A stretch of 64,000 nt of DNA from Eledone cirrhosa. Lineage: Eukaryota. Shown here one piece after another: positions 1 through 14,552 of this stretch (within the stretch, counting starts at the first letter, position 1; each line of letters starts with the position of its first letter). A program made the translations under genes and the position numbers. The notes under the pieces were generated by a model, which was not told the origin of the DNA, made no database searches, and saw only the letters and a program-made list of their open reading frames with translations. The stretch covers positions 359,910,001 to 359,974,000 of the forward strand of contig OZ024741.1 of NCBI GenBank assembly GCA_964016885.1, given 5' to 3'.

Positions 1-604
1 AAAAAGTACTAAATTTCAAAAGATAAATCCTGGGGTAAATATGATCGACTAAATCTCTTCAATTTGATGGCCCAACATGGCCACAGTCTATTGATGAAAC
101 TAGTAAAAGAATAAAAGTATTTAATGAAATAAATGTCAAACAAAAGAAGCCTTCTAAGAAATTCTATACAATAAAAGACAGTTAAAAAAGATACTGGCAT
201 TTCTCATTAGTGTAGTTAATTTATGAAGAGTGATGCTGTCTTTAATTTTATATGGCTGCTGATTAATGATCTCCACCATCCCCCCCCCCCGCAGTCAACT
301 ATCTCTTTATTCAAACAGTTAAAGTTGTCAATGATAGGAAAATAATTGTTGAGAGGGAAAAGAAGGCAACTGAATGGACTGTTAGTTTTCATTTCCTGTG
401 ACTGACATCTCTGGTTTCCTTCATAGTGGGTAATGGTAATTTATTGTTGAACAAAAATATACAATAATGAAAGTATTAAAAAAAAGATTAAAATAATAAA
501 CAAGAGGGTAGAGGGAGGAGGAATAAAAAAAAGAAAGAAAAATGGGGAAGAGAGAAGGGAAGGTGGAGGAGTAAATTTCACACCCTTTGAAGGGTGATAT
601 ATCT

Positions 605-852
605 TAGCAGTGCCTAGCAGACAAGATAGAGAAAGCATTGCCAAAGAGAACAGCCAGCAACATTCAGTGCAAAAGTCATTCCACCTCACAGGGCTCCTTC
701 ATCAGGCGATGAAGGATTTTATGGAGGAAAATGGCAGTCAGAGGACTGGGGATACTGAAGATCTCAATGGCAACCAGCAGAAAAAGGAAGCAGTCGGTCA
801 AATCCTGGTATTTGGCTATCTTCTGTTCCACTGCAGTGTGCAGGTTTGTTAC
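605..852 (-). mobile_element. Relic 3' end of a CRE/R2-type non-LTR retrotransposon (restriction-like endonuclease domain)
   Basis: Minus strand reads EQKIAKYQDLTDCFLFLLVAIEIFS...FLHKILHRL..EPCEVE*LLH*MLLAVLFGNAFSIL, matching the KxxKY...FxPxAxE...LFQRLSLAxxRGNAxxIL C-terminus of CRE-clade elements; in-frame stops. Confidence 0.6.
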
Positions 853-2029
853 TAAAGAATAGTGGGGTAGAGAAGTCAGTTCTAGAATAGCACTAACTAC
901 AGTCACATTTAACTTTATTTCAATCAGTAATAAACAGTAGAATTTATATATCTATCTCAAGATAATTCCTTTCAGTTATGTTAACTTAATCCATGCTAGT
1001 ACAGGAAAGTGGATGTTAAACCGTGATGATGATGATGATGATGTAATGATTTAACAGAAAATATAGAAAAACAGACTTGTTAATTCAAATGTTTACTAGC
1101 AGACAGATTATTGTGAAAATTTGAAGCATTTTCTCTTAACACCTTGCAATGATTTAGCAGAAAATATCTACAAAATGGGTTTCTCAATTCAAACGTTTAT
1201 AGTATATTTACTAGTGAACAGATCATTGTAAAAATTTGCAGTATTACGTGCAATAAACACTTTCATTTTTAATGTGAGTTAATAATAGTGTTGTTTTGTA
1301 CTTTTCAAGAATGTCTTGCTACTGTGGTTTCATATCTTGAGATCATTAAGAGTCAGGTGAACAGTTTTCTCATAAAACAGTGTTATATAAATGTCAGCCA
1401 AAAACATCAACCTAACATCACAAACAGCCAAGTGAGTTAATCATAAGTGGCGTTAACCCTTTCATTACCCTATGATTTTCAAATAATCAAGAATTTGGAG
1501 GGGTTTAGTAAAATATCTAACTTTCTCAATATTAAGCTGGTATTTGGAACATAACAAAGGTTCTTACATAAAATTATGATGGTAGGTTTTTAGATAAATA
1601 TAAATACTTTAACATAAACAGCTTTTTATTGTAAAATCAGGAATGGTTCAGTCAGTTTGGTATGAAGAGGATCAAATAATGGTCAAATTCTAGTTATATC
1701 CCCCAAACTTGTATAAAGAACAATATATTTAAATCAGAATTCAAGCTCGCTAACATTGTTAAATGCTTATATTATAGATTAGATTATTTAATGGCATGGC
1801 AATTAAATTATATCTCTTAGAAACACACTTCTTGGCTCAACGTTTAGTTTAAGATTTTGTTTTATTACTTTTTACTTTTTTTTTTAGTTAGTAACAACAT
1901 AGGGTAAACAAAACTCTTCAGTCATGCAAAGTCTTTAGTGCTGGTACTGTGATAAAAATACTTAGTACACTCTGCTAAGTGATTGGCATTAGGAAGGACA
2001 TCCAGCAGTATAAATCATGCCAAAAGTGT

Positions 2030-5000
2030 AATGATAATAATAATAATGAAAATATTGTGTACAGTGCTCAGGTGCACTACAACTCATCTAAAGTGTATGT
2101 ATAGTACATAGGGTACTGTACAAACGTCAGGAAAATGAATAGTGCATGAGTCATGATATACACATGTGTGCATATGTATGGAAGGGGGACATTAGGTGTA
2201 GTTTTGGTGAATTTCGGGAAGCATGCAGGTTTTAAAGGGTGCATTGTCTCGGCAGCTAACAACTGACGCAGGCAATTTGTTCCATGCTTCAGCAACTCTA
2301 AGCGTGAAAAAATGTTTCTGAAAGTCATGGGAGCTGTGCTGTTTTCTGACTTTGTAGGCATGTCCACGTGTGTTAGACACATGGAGATCAAAAAGGTGCT
2401 CAGGGTTGTTGTTGGCGAGATGGTTAATAACTTTGTGGGTGTTTACCAAGTCCATTGCCAGACGTCGGAGCTTCAATGAATCCATGCCCACGGAAGCAAG
2501 GTGTTCAGAGTATGGTAGGTGTCTGATGGAGGGTATGCGCTTGGTTGCACGTCTCTGTACAGTTTCCAGGAGGTCAATGTTCTGAGCAAGATAGGGGTTC
2601 CAGACTGATGATGTGAATTCCAAGTGTGGTCGTACCATAGCTGTATACAGCTTTAAATAGATGGCTGGAGAGCGGCTAACAAAGGTCTTGCTGAGTGATG
2701 CCAAGACACCCTCGGCCTTCTTGACAATCTTAGAGACGTGCTTTGTCCAATGCAAATCGCTGCTGACAGTAATGCCTTGATATCAGTGTTGTGGAGAGAG
2801 TATGTGGACGCTGGATTTTTCCTCCCAAAATGCATGGTGGTACACTTGTCCACAGCCAGCTTCAGTTGCCAGTCTGTGATCCATTGCTGCATTGTGTCCA
2901 GGTCTGATTGTAGGAAAGAGTTGTAGATTTCAGGATCAGTCCTTTTGATTTCAAGGTACAGCTTGATGTCATCTGCATATTTCAGTACCGTGGCATTCTT
3001 TAAGTTGGCATCTATGTCATTAATATATGTCACAAATGAAAGGGGGCCAAGAACAGATCCCTGTGGTACACCAGATGACATCTCATATGGTGAAGAATGC
3101 TGTCCTAGAACCGTGACTACCTCTTTTCGGCTGAGAATGAAGGATTTCAAGCAGTTAAAAAGATCATCCCTCACACCCATTGCAGAGAGTTTCGCCATAA
3201 GTCTTTTATGTGGCACAGAATTAAAAGCCTTAGCGAAGTCAAGGTAAACAACATCCACCCATGAGCCGCTTTCAGTGATCCGAGTAATGTCTTCAAGGAA
3301 CTTGATAAGCTGATCACAGCAGCTGGAGTTACGGATAAATCCAAATTGCGAGGGCCAGATGAGGCTGTGAGAGCTCCAGAAGTTCCAAAGTGTTTCTTTG
3401 ATACAGGATTCCATCAGTTTGGCAATACAGCTAGTAAGACTGACTGGACGATAGTTGACAGGTGATGTGCGGTCACCCTTTTTGAACAGGGGAATGACAC
3501 TGGCAGTTTTCCACTGCTCCGGAGTAGCACCATTGTTGAAACAGTATTGAAAGAAGAAAGAAAGCTGGTGCAAAAGGAAGTACCCACCACGTTTGAGAAG
3601 CAGGTATGTAACACCATCAAGACCAGGGGAGGCATAGTTGCGCTTATTCTTAAGCATGCAGCATTGCAGGTGTAAATTCCATAGTTGTTATGGAATTTGA
3701 TGTTAGACATGGTGGAGATGGTACATTCTGGTTTTCAACAGTAAAAATGCTTGCATAGCACTCAGCAATGAGTTCTGCGCATTCTTTGGGACCGTCAGTG
3801 ATCTGGCTTATGTGGGGATGGCGAAGAGGACCAACTGGAGAGTGAGGTCTCTGCTTTGAATGTACATATTTCCAGAACACCTTACTGTCAGGATTGGTTG
3901 CTATGCACTGTTCAAATTCAAGCACTGCCTTTTTTGTCACTTGCTTGAGATGGTTGGAAGATTTATTCTGCTTTTTTCTGTTGGCATCTGATTTATGCAG
4001 TTTATATTCCCGTTCAGCATTCCGACGTTCTCTCCTGGCAAGTCGGACCGCTGAAGTTTCCCAAATTGCACTTTTGGGGTGGATTTTTTCTGTTTACGAG
4101 GCACTGATGTTGCACACGCTATCCATATTGAGACCAGGATGCTCTGGAGTATAGTGTTCACATCTCCAGAGTTATAAAACTCATGCCAGTTTGGACGCTG
4201 TAGCTCAGTGCAGTACAAGATCCAATCTGCTTTCTTCCAATCAAAGCAAGCAGATTGGAGATGGTTCTGGTTTTTGTTGCCCGCAAGAGCCAGATTGACA
4301 ATGATCATAGCATGATCAGAGTCGTCTAGAGGTTCCTCAGTAGTACAACTAATAACCACTTCAAGAGTAGTGGTGAAGAGCAGGTCCAAAGTGTTGTCAC
4401 CTCTTGTTGGAGAGGTGACTACTTGTGAACAGTTTGAGTCCAGCACTAGCTCAAGGAAATCGTTTGCACTTTGTGGCCAACGGAAGATTTCCCAATCGAT
4501 CTCAGGATGATTGAAGTCACCTGCAATAAACACATGAGTGGCTGTTTTCCTGGCAGCAGCTCTGAGGATATCGTAAAGGTGTGTGTCCTGATGGTAGTTT
4601 GGAGGGCGATAAACAACACCAAGCAGAAGTGTTGACATGGTCATACGTATGTCACAGAAAAAAACTTCTTGTGATTCATTCAAATCAACGCAAGGAATTA
4701 CCGAAAAATTTGAACGAACGTAGACCATCACACCACGACCACGGCGATTAATGCGGTCCTTGCGGAACAGGTTGTACCAAGTAATGCTGAAAACCCCATC
4801 ACAGAGTAAGGAATGAGCCCATGTTTCCGTGACTGATGATGTCAGGGTCGATGCTTCTGACATAGGAGTTAAACAGATGTATCTTGTTGCATAAACTGTG
4901 AGCATTTAAGGACAACAATTTGTACCCTGCTTGCAGTTTATGATGGTGTGTAGAGGATGGCAGGTTGTTCTCATTTAGTTTCCCAGAGTTGTTGCAGTTT

Positions 5001-5580
5001 TTTAATTGCCAGTTATTGTGGGTAGAGCGCACTCAGACTAGCTGGTATCTCTCTTCCACGTTTCACCAGCCTTAACAAACCTCCAGATCTGCCCATCATC
5101 ACGCAGACTAAAACTTTAGTGTTGTGCTGAGTTCCGATTCAAGGAAGCTGCAGCACGTAGCTTTGGACGTACATCAGGTGGTAGGCCTGGGCGTGTTCGG
5201 AAAGAAATCCGATTTTCATGCCCAGCTTTAACAGAGGCCAGATGATATGAAATTGCCTCAGCGGGGTACGAAAAAGACAACCTGATGAGTCTGGGTTTTG
5301 GACCAGGTCGACCAAGGCGGAGAGCACCCTTTGGGGGAACACAGCCTAGGTCTTTGGCTGAGCTGGCAGCAAATGCCTGAAGATCAGCTTTGTCTTCTGG
5401 TACCCCAATGGCAATTACTTCATGGGTAGCAGATTCTGCGGTCTTCTCAGTTTGCCCATATACGGCAAGAGGTACAGGGAGATTATTTAGCAGGACTCTT
5501 CAATTATATTGAAAGCATAATAACCTCTCTTGTGTTAGAACTTAGTACACACTGCAAGAGAGGGCTCATAGACATAACAA
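2030..5580 (-). mobile_element. Near full-length, frameshifted CR1-clade LINE (ORF1 remnant, APE endonuclease, RT)
   Basis: APE motifs (VVYRPP, AGDFNHP, TLDL, SDH) 3937-4905; RT (YRPVSLTS, YLDFAKAF, GVPQGSVLGP, YADD) 2653-3657; CR1-type C-terminus (TRGH..K...FFTLRV..AWNKLP) 2192-2755; ORF1-like RLGRPGPKPRLIRL near 5280-5320; (ATT)n tail near 2030-2047. Confidence 0.88.
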
Positions 5581-6398
5581 CTACTCTAGTGCTGGTGCCA
5601 CAATACAGTGCACCCAATATACATTATAAAGTGGTTGGCATTAAAAAGGGCATCTTGCTGTAGAAACCATGCCAAAAATGGAAAATATCTGAGTGAAACA
5701 CAGTACCTCAACTCATCTAGAAGGACAGTAACTCCAATTAAGTACAGACTTGGTTTGTAATGACCTGTCCAACCCATTGTAATCATGGAAAAGCAGATGT
5801 AAAATTGATGATGATGATTTAGCCTAAGTTAGCCCTGATCAAGCAAGACCTATGATCAAAGGCATTCCAGTTATCACCATCCCAAATTACATTATCCAAT
5901 GTATCCTTTTAAGATGGCAGGGTGTGATTTGAAGGCAATCTGGTTGCTATTTCTAGAAGAATGAGTGACTATGTAAAGGCTCTCTTGTTGGTTCATTTTG
6001 TTTTAGTATTTTTTTACAGGAGTAAAAAAAATCTTAACCTTTTTAATACCAACCTGCCTGATACTGCCTCTGGTTCTTTGATAAAAAAAAACTGTTTGTT
6101 TTAAAGTATTTATATTCATCATGTTTTACCTAAGAACCTTGGTTAAGTTATATTCCAAACACCAGCTTTTTAATGAGAAAGTTATATTATTAAATATTTT
6201 GAAATTCTTGATAATTTTCAAAATTATTCAAAAATAATAGGCAGCACTTTCATAAGAAATATGGTAACAAAGACATTTTAATCTTGTCTTTTCTCATTTC
6301 AAGAGAAATTGTGAAATAGCAATGAAAAAATAAAAGTTTTATGATTACTTCTATATAAGGAATGGGAAGAGGTGACAAGGAAAAATATCAAAATATAC

Positions 6399-7427
6399 CT
6401 GATCAAGTTTGATAAATAAACCATCGGTTATATTGATAGTTCCATGAAGTGTAGGTGTAAAACCAGCTGCCAATAATAATCTCCAAGACAGAAATTCCTC
6501 GCTGTAAATTCCAACAATTTTAGGGTTTTCTAAAATTGATTTTGAAAGATTTACAGATACAAGTTCTGTCATTTCTTCTGATGTAATCCATGCTCCATAT
6601 GACAATAATATTTTTATCTTTTCCAAAGTATTGTGTGAAAATGCAAATATTAAGGGTTTCTGTTTCTTCCAGCTACTGCCTCTGTTCACATTTGCTCCAT
6701 ACTTTAGCAACAGCTCAACAACTTTAGGTTCCACTGACTTAATCATGCATGCACAACCTAATGCTGTACACCCATTTTCATCTAGCAGGTTTGGTGACAT
6801 TCCAGATTCAAGTAAATCTTTAACAATGTCATAGTTAGAAAACTGAACAGCACTAGGTAAACAAGTTGCCTCATGTGATTGCTGACTATCAGCCTCTAGA
6901 AGCAACTTAGCTATATGTATTGGTGGAGGTAGATAAATAGTTTTTTGTTCATCATCAATCAGGCTGGAGTGAGTGTGGCAACAAAACCAGTTATTAGCAT
7001 TCCTAGAAGTCACTTTCATTGGTGTATTCAATAAGTATGATGAAGTATTTATTGTGCAATCAGACTTCAAAAGTAGTTTCACCAGTTCTATGTTATTATT
7101 CTTACAAGCAAAGTAGATTGGAGTGTTGCCCTCATTGTCAGCTGAATCAATATTAGCACCGTTAGAGATAAGCAACTGTGCAATTATTAGACACACACTG
7201 TTTTCATTTTGTGTATTATTACAAATCAGATGCAGGGCTGTCTTTCCATCTTCACAAGCTAAGTTAACATCAACATTTGATTGAATTAATTTATTAATAC
7301 TATTTATATCCATATCCATACAAGCCTTGCACAATGGTGGCCAACTGCTTTCCATGGTATGATGGTCAGTCATGTGGAACTTGTATAATTCCATATCCAT
7401 AAAATTATCCACTGTAATGTATTCCAT
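6399..7427 (-). CDS. Coding exon of an ankyrin-repeat protein (possibly ASB-like; downstream exon not identified in the window)
   Basis: Uninterrupted ORF with about 7 ankyrin repeats (GKTALHL, GNTPIYFAC, GCTALGCAC, PLIFAF). Acceptor ttctttctttacAG puts the exon start at 7539. Phase-0 donor CAG|GTATAT after ...KLDQ at 6399/6398. Confidence 0.85.
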
Positions 7428-7959
7428 CTTTTAGTTTTCCAAGTTTTTCAACGGTAGAGAAATTTTAGTTCATCTTTATAGTCCAGAATTTAATTAATAG
7501 AAGCTGACATATAGTACAAGTAAAGCCAGTTAAAGGTTTCTGTAAAGAAAGAAATATGAAAGAAATATCATCATCATTATAAGAAGGAATACAAGAAATA
7601 TATAGGAGCTGTATAGATAATATATTGCTAGAAAATGTGTGAAGCTAAATAGCACTGTGGAGTTGATTGACTAAAATAAGACAGACATCTTTGTTGGTTT
7701 GGTCACACACACTGTCATCCATGATGTGAAATCATCCATGATGCAGTTATGCCTGAGTCCCTCCCACAATAAGATAAATGGTGAGGTGGACAAACTAGAA
7801 TATATGTAAGCATGATGTCGCTCCCGGCGTATCAAGGAGGACAGTAGCTCTGATAAAATACTGACTCATTCAACTCATGCCTGCATGGAAAAATGGAAGT
7901 AAAATGATGATGATGATTTTTCTGCACATCTAGTCTTTTAGTCCCCACCTACCTAACTC

Positions 7960-8590
7960 TCTATTGTAACTATCACTCTCATCTCCATACCTCTCTATTG
8001 TAACTCATACCTTTCTGTACCCCTGTTGGAACTCTTCTTGCCTTTCATTGCACACCTCTCTATTACAAATATCACTCTCTTTCCTCCACACCTCTCTATT
8101 ACAAATATCATTCTCTTTTACACCACACCTCTCTATCATAAATATAATTCTCTTTTACACCACACGTCTCTATTATAAATATCACTCTCTTTCCTCCACA
8201 CCTCTCTATTACAAATATCACTCTCTTTCCTCCACACCTCTCTATTACAAATATCACTCTCTTTTACACCACACCTCTCTATCACAAATATCATTCTCTT
8301 TTACACCACACGTCTCTATTATAAATATCACTCTTTTACACTACACCTCTCTATTATAAATATCACTCTTTTACACTACACCTCTCTATTATAAATATCA
8401 CTCTCTTTTACAACTATCACTCTTTTTTATACCACACCTCTCTATTACAACTATAATTCTCTTTTCACCCACATTTCTTTCAACATCTCTGTTATAACTA
8501 TCACTCTCTTTATCTTGACACCTCCCTCTACCTCTCTATTATGACTATCACTCTCTTATACATCACACCTCTCTTTACCAATCTTACAAC
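7960..8590. repeat. Minisatellite, ~34-36 bp unit (cacacctctctattacaaatatcactctctttcctc and variants)
   Basis: More than 12 tandem copies visible, degenerating at both edges. Confidence 0.9.
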
Positions 8591-8760
8591 TCTTTCTGTC
8601 TTTTATCTGCTAGAGAGTCTGCATGTGTCCATGCATGTATATGCAAGTATACACACCCACACATAGGTAAATACATAAATACACAGACACACACACATAC
8701 ATATATATATATAGCTAAACCTCAACATATTTTTCCAACAATGATTTTCTTAGCCTGCCA

Positions 8761-9130
8761 CATCATCATCATCATTTAACGTCCATTTTTCCATGCTAGC
8801 ATGGGTTAGACAATTTGTCCTGTTGTGAGCAATGCCAGGTCAGGTGACCATATCGTGCTCATACAGAACTGATTTTGCCTGGTTTCTACAGCTGGATGCT
8901 CCTCCTATTGCCAACCTCATTTACAGTGAGTACAACACCCAGGTCTCACTACTATGCAACATTGTGGTTTGTATGCACACATCATACAGTTTGCCTTTCC
9001 TTTGGAGAGAAAAGCCTCTGTTATAGCCTGTAGTACGATGATAAACAGGAGAGGGCTAAAAAAAAGAGCACAGGTGGACGCCAATCTGTTCGCTAAATTC
9101 CTCTCCATAGTCATTGTTAATCCTAACTTT
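8761..9130 (-). mobile_element. RTE-tailed SINE-like repeat joined to an RTE RT fragment
   Basis: (GAT)n tail plus catgctagcatgg...ggacgttaaa 3' end; adjacent frame encodes SPLLFIIVLQAITE like the RTEs at 10-18 kb. Confidence 0.6.
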
Positions 9131-9959
9131 GCTGTTTAACATTTCTGAGCGACCTAAATCTTATATATACAAATGATTTCAACCCCCAGATATATTCTGC
9201 TTTTTGACTCTGAAAATACTGTCTGCCTCACAACTCTACAACAGATAGTTTGTTTGACCAGCCTAGCAATGTAGACACACACTCGTTAGCCAGCCCCGTT
9301 GGAATTGGCACTAGCTGAGTTTGCTACCAGGTTAGTAAAATTTACTACTATGTATTCTATATTTGCCCACATAACATACTGCATCTATACTTGCCTCTTT
9401 TTCCAATGTTCATCGCTGCATATAATTTCGAAGTAAATCATGTTACAAATAAAAACACTAAAATTAGCAGTCTCTTGTTCTTATCCATGTGATATGGGAA
9501 AATCATTTTCGTAATGGTAATATCATTTTACTCCTCAACAAGTGAATACAACTACATGTTTCACACTTCATTGCTACTGCAAATAAACAAATCCATCTGG
9601 CAACCACACTATTGCCAAACCTATATTAATCATATATACTCACTAAATACATATCAATCCATGCAAGCAAAGTTGATGTAAAAATGATGATGAAGGTGAT
9701 ATATATTGTTTTTTGTGGTTCTTTTCATTGGTATCGATGACCTTGCAGAGATGGTAATGTCTTAATTCTTCACCACTGACTTCTTTCCAAACAACACCTT
9801 TCATAACTGATTAGTCCTATACATGCTCAACATGGTTTTTCACAACACCCACAATAGAGCAATGTTAAGACAACAATGTCTATCAAGGTGGGGAACTTCC
9901 ACCTTTGTCTTGAATCAACAGCATGATGGATGCCAAATTTTTTTAACGTTTTGGCTCCA

Positions 9960-10165
9960 GTATGTATAACTAGTTTCCAGTTTCCAAGGTCCTTTGTTGA
10001 TTTTTCTTATTTTCTTTCATCAATGGAGAACTCTTTAAGGCTATTTTTACATTGGTCTTTGAAGCACAGCTTAAGAAGTCCTGTATTCCTTTTCCATCTA
10101 CTAGTTTTCCATACAGTATTTGCTTAGGGATTCTGAATTCATCCATTTCTGAGATGACCAAACCA
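9960..10165 (-). mobile_element. Old RTE LINE 3' fragment
   Basis: RIPKQILYGKLVDG is an RTE C-terminal motif. Confidence 0.55.
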
Positions 10166-10378
10166 CCCTAGTCCTCTGAATCTAAGAATAGAGTAGAATT
10201 ATAGAACATCTGCTCTATGTATATATACATGGATATCTCCATAACTCCTGATAAAAGGCAAAATTGACCTCAGCGGGATTTGAACTCTGAGCGCAGAGAG
10301 TCAGAATGAATACCACAGAGCATTCTATCCAATATTCTAATGATTTTCAAATTTGGCACATCATATATATATATATCA

Positions 10379-13300
10379 GCATCATCATCATTTTACGTCT
10401 GCTTTTCCCTGCTTGCAAGGGTGGGACGGGTCCTATCCAGCACAGCATCTCTCTACTTGTCACGGTCCTTTGTCATCTCCACCTTGAGCTTCAGCGATCT
10501 GAGGTCTATTCTCACCACCTCCGCCCATGTTTTTCGTGGTCTACCTCTACCACGTCTTCCTTCAACTGGCATTTCCTGGCACTTCTTCACCCATCGGTCA
10601 TCCTCCATGCGCATCACATGTCCATACCACATCAGTCTCCTCTCCCGTACACTACATTCTATCCCTCTCAGACACAGTTTCTCTCTCAACACATTCATGC
10701 TGGGTCGTTCACGCACATTGACATTGCACATCTAACGGAGCATGCTTGCCTCATTTCTCTCCAGCCGTCGCATATCCTCTGCAGTTGCTGCCCATGTCTC
10801 ACTACCATGCAGCATCGCACTCCTCACACAGGCATCATATAACCGGCCTTTCATACGCAGGGAGAAACCCTTCTTCGTCAGCAGAGGAAGCAGCTCCCTA
10901 AACTTCTTCCAACCCGTCCTTATTCTAGATACTATGGCCACAGAACACCCTCCTCCCATGCTAATCTGATCTCCTAGGTACCGGAAGCTATCCACCACTT
11001 CTATAGCACGCGCCTGCATTTGAAAAATGTGTCTATCAATGCGACTTCTACTGTCTAATTTCCCTGTACATCTACTGCATACATATTTCTCCCTACCTGT
11101 TAGTTTGCCTGCTATCCCGCTACATCTCTTGTGTACCCAGGATCTGCATTGTGTGCATTTTATAGAATTTATGCCAGTTCCTTTTCTGCATATCGAACAT
11201 GGCCATTTCCCTGACGGAATCAGGGTTTTGTCCTCTTTTCTACTCATCAACACTTTTGTCTTAGCTAGATTCACTCTCAGTCCTCTTGCTTCCAACTGCT
11301 GTTTCCATAGCCAGAATTTATTCACTAGCTCCTCTACTGATTCTGCTATAAGAACCAGATCGTCAGCATAGAGAAGTTCCCATGGACAGCCAGTCTTAAA
11401 CTCCTCTGTTATGGCTTGGAGGACTATAATGAACAAGAGCAGGCTGAGGACCGAACCTTGATGTACTCCTACTTGTATCTGGAATTCCTCACTAAACTCC
11501 ATTCCTACTCTGACTTTACTGACAGTACCTCTGTACAAAGTTTGCACTGTCCTCACAAGCCATCCTCAACACCTAGTTTCCTTAGGGACCACCAGATGAC
11601 AGATCGGGGTACCCTATCAAAGGCCTTCTCTAGGTCAACAAAGGCTAAATATGGTGGCTTATTTTTCTCTAAGAACCTCTCTTGTAATTGTCTCACCAAG
11701 AAGAGGGCATCTGTTGTACTCTTCCCAGGCACAAAACCAAACTGCATCTCATCTAGTTTGACCCTTTCTCTAATTAGTTGTGCTAATATCCTTTCTGCCA
11801 CTTTCATAACCTGATCCATCAGTTTTATACCCCTATAATTGCTCCTCTCCAGAGCATCCCCTTTACTTTTGTAGCAATTTATGAGAATACTGTTGCACCA
11901 GTCTTTGAGTATGACACCACCATATATAGCTTGATTGATGATGCGTGCAACCAGTTTAGTGCCTACGTCCCCTGATGCCTTCAGCATCTTAGCAACTATC
12001 CCCGATGGTCCAACAGCCTTACCATTTTTCATTTCCTTAATCGCCTCTAGGACCCTATATTCGTCAATCTCAATAGCTGGTCCCTCTGTCGGATCTACTG
12101 AGGGTAATTTCTCTCTCTCCCATTCGTTCTCCACATTCATCAGTCTCTCATAATGGCATTTTCAGGCCTCCTTTTTCTGATCATTCGTGACACTAAGTAC
12201 ACCGGCATCATTCCGGACACATTTATCTCCAACAACATCCTGATTTACATTGACACACTGCCTTGCAATGTGGAACACTGCACGCCTCTGATCTTCCCAT
12301 CGCAGAACATTGGCAAACCTCCTACTCTCAGCCTCCCTGCGTGCTGTATATCCTTCTCTTAGCGGCTGTATATCCTTCCCTACTCCCACCCCTTTTCCAA
12401 GCTTTCTATGCTAGTCTTTCGTCTCTAATGGCCTTATGTACTGTGCTGTTCCACCACCAGATCACTCTGTCTGGTTGAAGCTCTGCTCCAGCCACATGTT
12501 TCATCAGTAGCCTGCAGTAAGTTGTCACGTAATAAATTCCAGTTATTATCTATGTCATACGTCTCTAAATCGTCTTCTTTTTCGTCATACACATCTTGAA
12601 GGGCTTTCCTAAATTTGTATTTTAGTGAAAGGTCTTTTAGCTTCCAGACCTTTCTTCTCCACACCTTCCTGTATGTCTCATTCCATCTCTTGCTTACTGA
12701 GATATCACTAACGACTAACCTATGCTGTGGGGTACATTCTTCTCCAGGGTATGCCTTGGTATTAGACACTATCTGCCTGTCCCGCTGCCTAACTAATAAG
12801 AAGTCAATCTGGCTTATGTGCTCGCCAGATTTGTAGGTTATTAGGTGGTTGGCAGGTTTCTGGAAGTTAGTGTTGCAAATAGTCAGTGTACTTGCATCAC
12901 ACAATTCAAGAAGTCTCACTCCTTCATTTCTTGAGCCGTAACCGTGCCCACCATGTACTCCAGTGTAATCATCCTGGAGCTGTCCAATATGACCATTGAA
13001 GTCCCCTGCTAGCATAACGATGTCTCCGTCCTCTGTCATTGCGGTTGTTTGTAAAAGTTGCTCATAAAAGCAGTCTTTCTCTTCTTTGCCTAGGCCTGCT
13101 TGGGGAGCATAGGCAGAGATGATTGTCAGTAGTCTCCTGCTTACAACTAATCTAAGCTTAATTATTCGATTACTAACTCGAACTACCTCTATTGTCTTAT
13201 TGATCCATCTCTCAGCCAGGAAAATGCCTACTCCCCCTAACCCATCATCCTTACCTACCCAGAAAAGCTTATAGCTAAGATGTTTGCCTATGACTAGTCT

Positions 13301-13570
13301 CGCAGAGGCACCTCTCCATCTCACCTCTTGCATGCAGCACACATCCACATGCCTTCTCTCCAGCATCTCCGCTATTTCAGCAGATCTACCTCTGAGAGTG
13401 CCAACATTAAGTGTTGCAACTCTGAGATGTGACGTCTTCATATTTTGTTGTTCCTATCTACTTGTTACTGATAATCGTTTTGGCATTGATACACTGGTTG
13501 GATGCCTTTCCTAACACCAACGCCACTTTACAGCATGGACTAGGTGCTTTTATTTGTGCCACCAGCACTA
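10379..13570 (-). mobile_element. Essentially full-length RTE-clade LINE (APE + RT + PHD-like finger), frameshifted
   Basis: APE (TLNVGTL, MQEVRW, SAYAPQ, AGDFNGH, SQIDF, QHRLV) 12434-13441; RT (NYRGIKL, FVDLEKAFD, VHQGSVLS, LYADD) 10732-12389; RGRGRPRKTW C-terminus; (GAT)n tail at 10379-10391; 5' motif ttggtgttaggaaaggcatcc near 13500-13520. Confidence 0.92.
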
Positions 13571-14552
13571 GAGAGGATGTCTACCCCTCCATTTTACAGC
13601 ATGGTCATTAACCCCCCCCCCCCCAAAAAAAAACACTTATTGACACTCACTCACACACCAACACTCATGCATACAAACTACAATCACATGTGCCACTCAC
13701 ACACCAACACTCATGCATACAAACACACACACCACTCACACACAAACACATACATATATATATATATTACCGTCAGTACTGATACAAAATCAAAATCATG
13801 TCAACTGTTGACTTTTCCAGTCCAGTTCAGTTTTTATATAATAATAATAATTGTTTGCTTTACAGCAAAGAGCAACGGCTCTCCACTCTCCGGCTCCAAA
13901 AAACAAGGCACCAGCAATGCGCTGGGACAATCGCTGCCCCTTGCCAAGAACAGAATAGTTATTTAGTATTATTATTATAGTTGTTTTTAAGGCCTGATCG
14001 CTGGTGATGTTGGTGGTGGTGGATGGTGTCAGTGATGGTGATGGTGTCAGTGATGGTGATGGTGGTGGATGGACATACATATATATAAGTATGTATAATT
14101 CAAATTTAAAAGATATATTTAGAGAGAGAGAAAGAGTTATATATTAACTGAAATAAATATATATTTTAAATTCAAATTATTGATGCTGTGAACTAAGGTC
14201 CATTGAGCTTATTTAAAGATAAACACAGTTATCATTCATATTAAATATGTTTTGATACCTTAATATTGTGTGTATATATATACACACAGAGACACACGCA
14301 TACACAATAGAAGCCATTTATTATAAACACAGATAATATCAAATGGCTGCTGTTACCAAAATTAGTGAGTCCCAAGCTGTTTATTTTAAAATGAAGGTCC
14401 AGATATTGCTATGTTTTTGTTTAACATTATCAACTAGTTATTATTATTGAAAATGTTTCACCCCAAAGCGATTACAATAAACAACTTCCACTGTATTTAT
14501 CGCTTACAGAGATAAAATAGTTCAGTTCACATAGCAGAAACAATTTCATTAA

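Noticed and set aside
9-200. Terminal SOCS-box exon of the ankyrin gene
   Set aside because: No SL..LCR..IR/LPLP motif in any minus frame.
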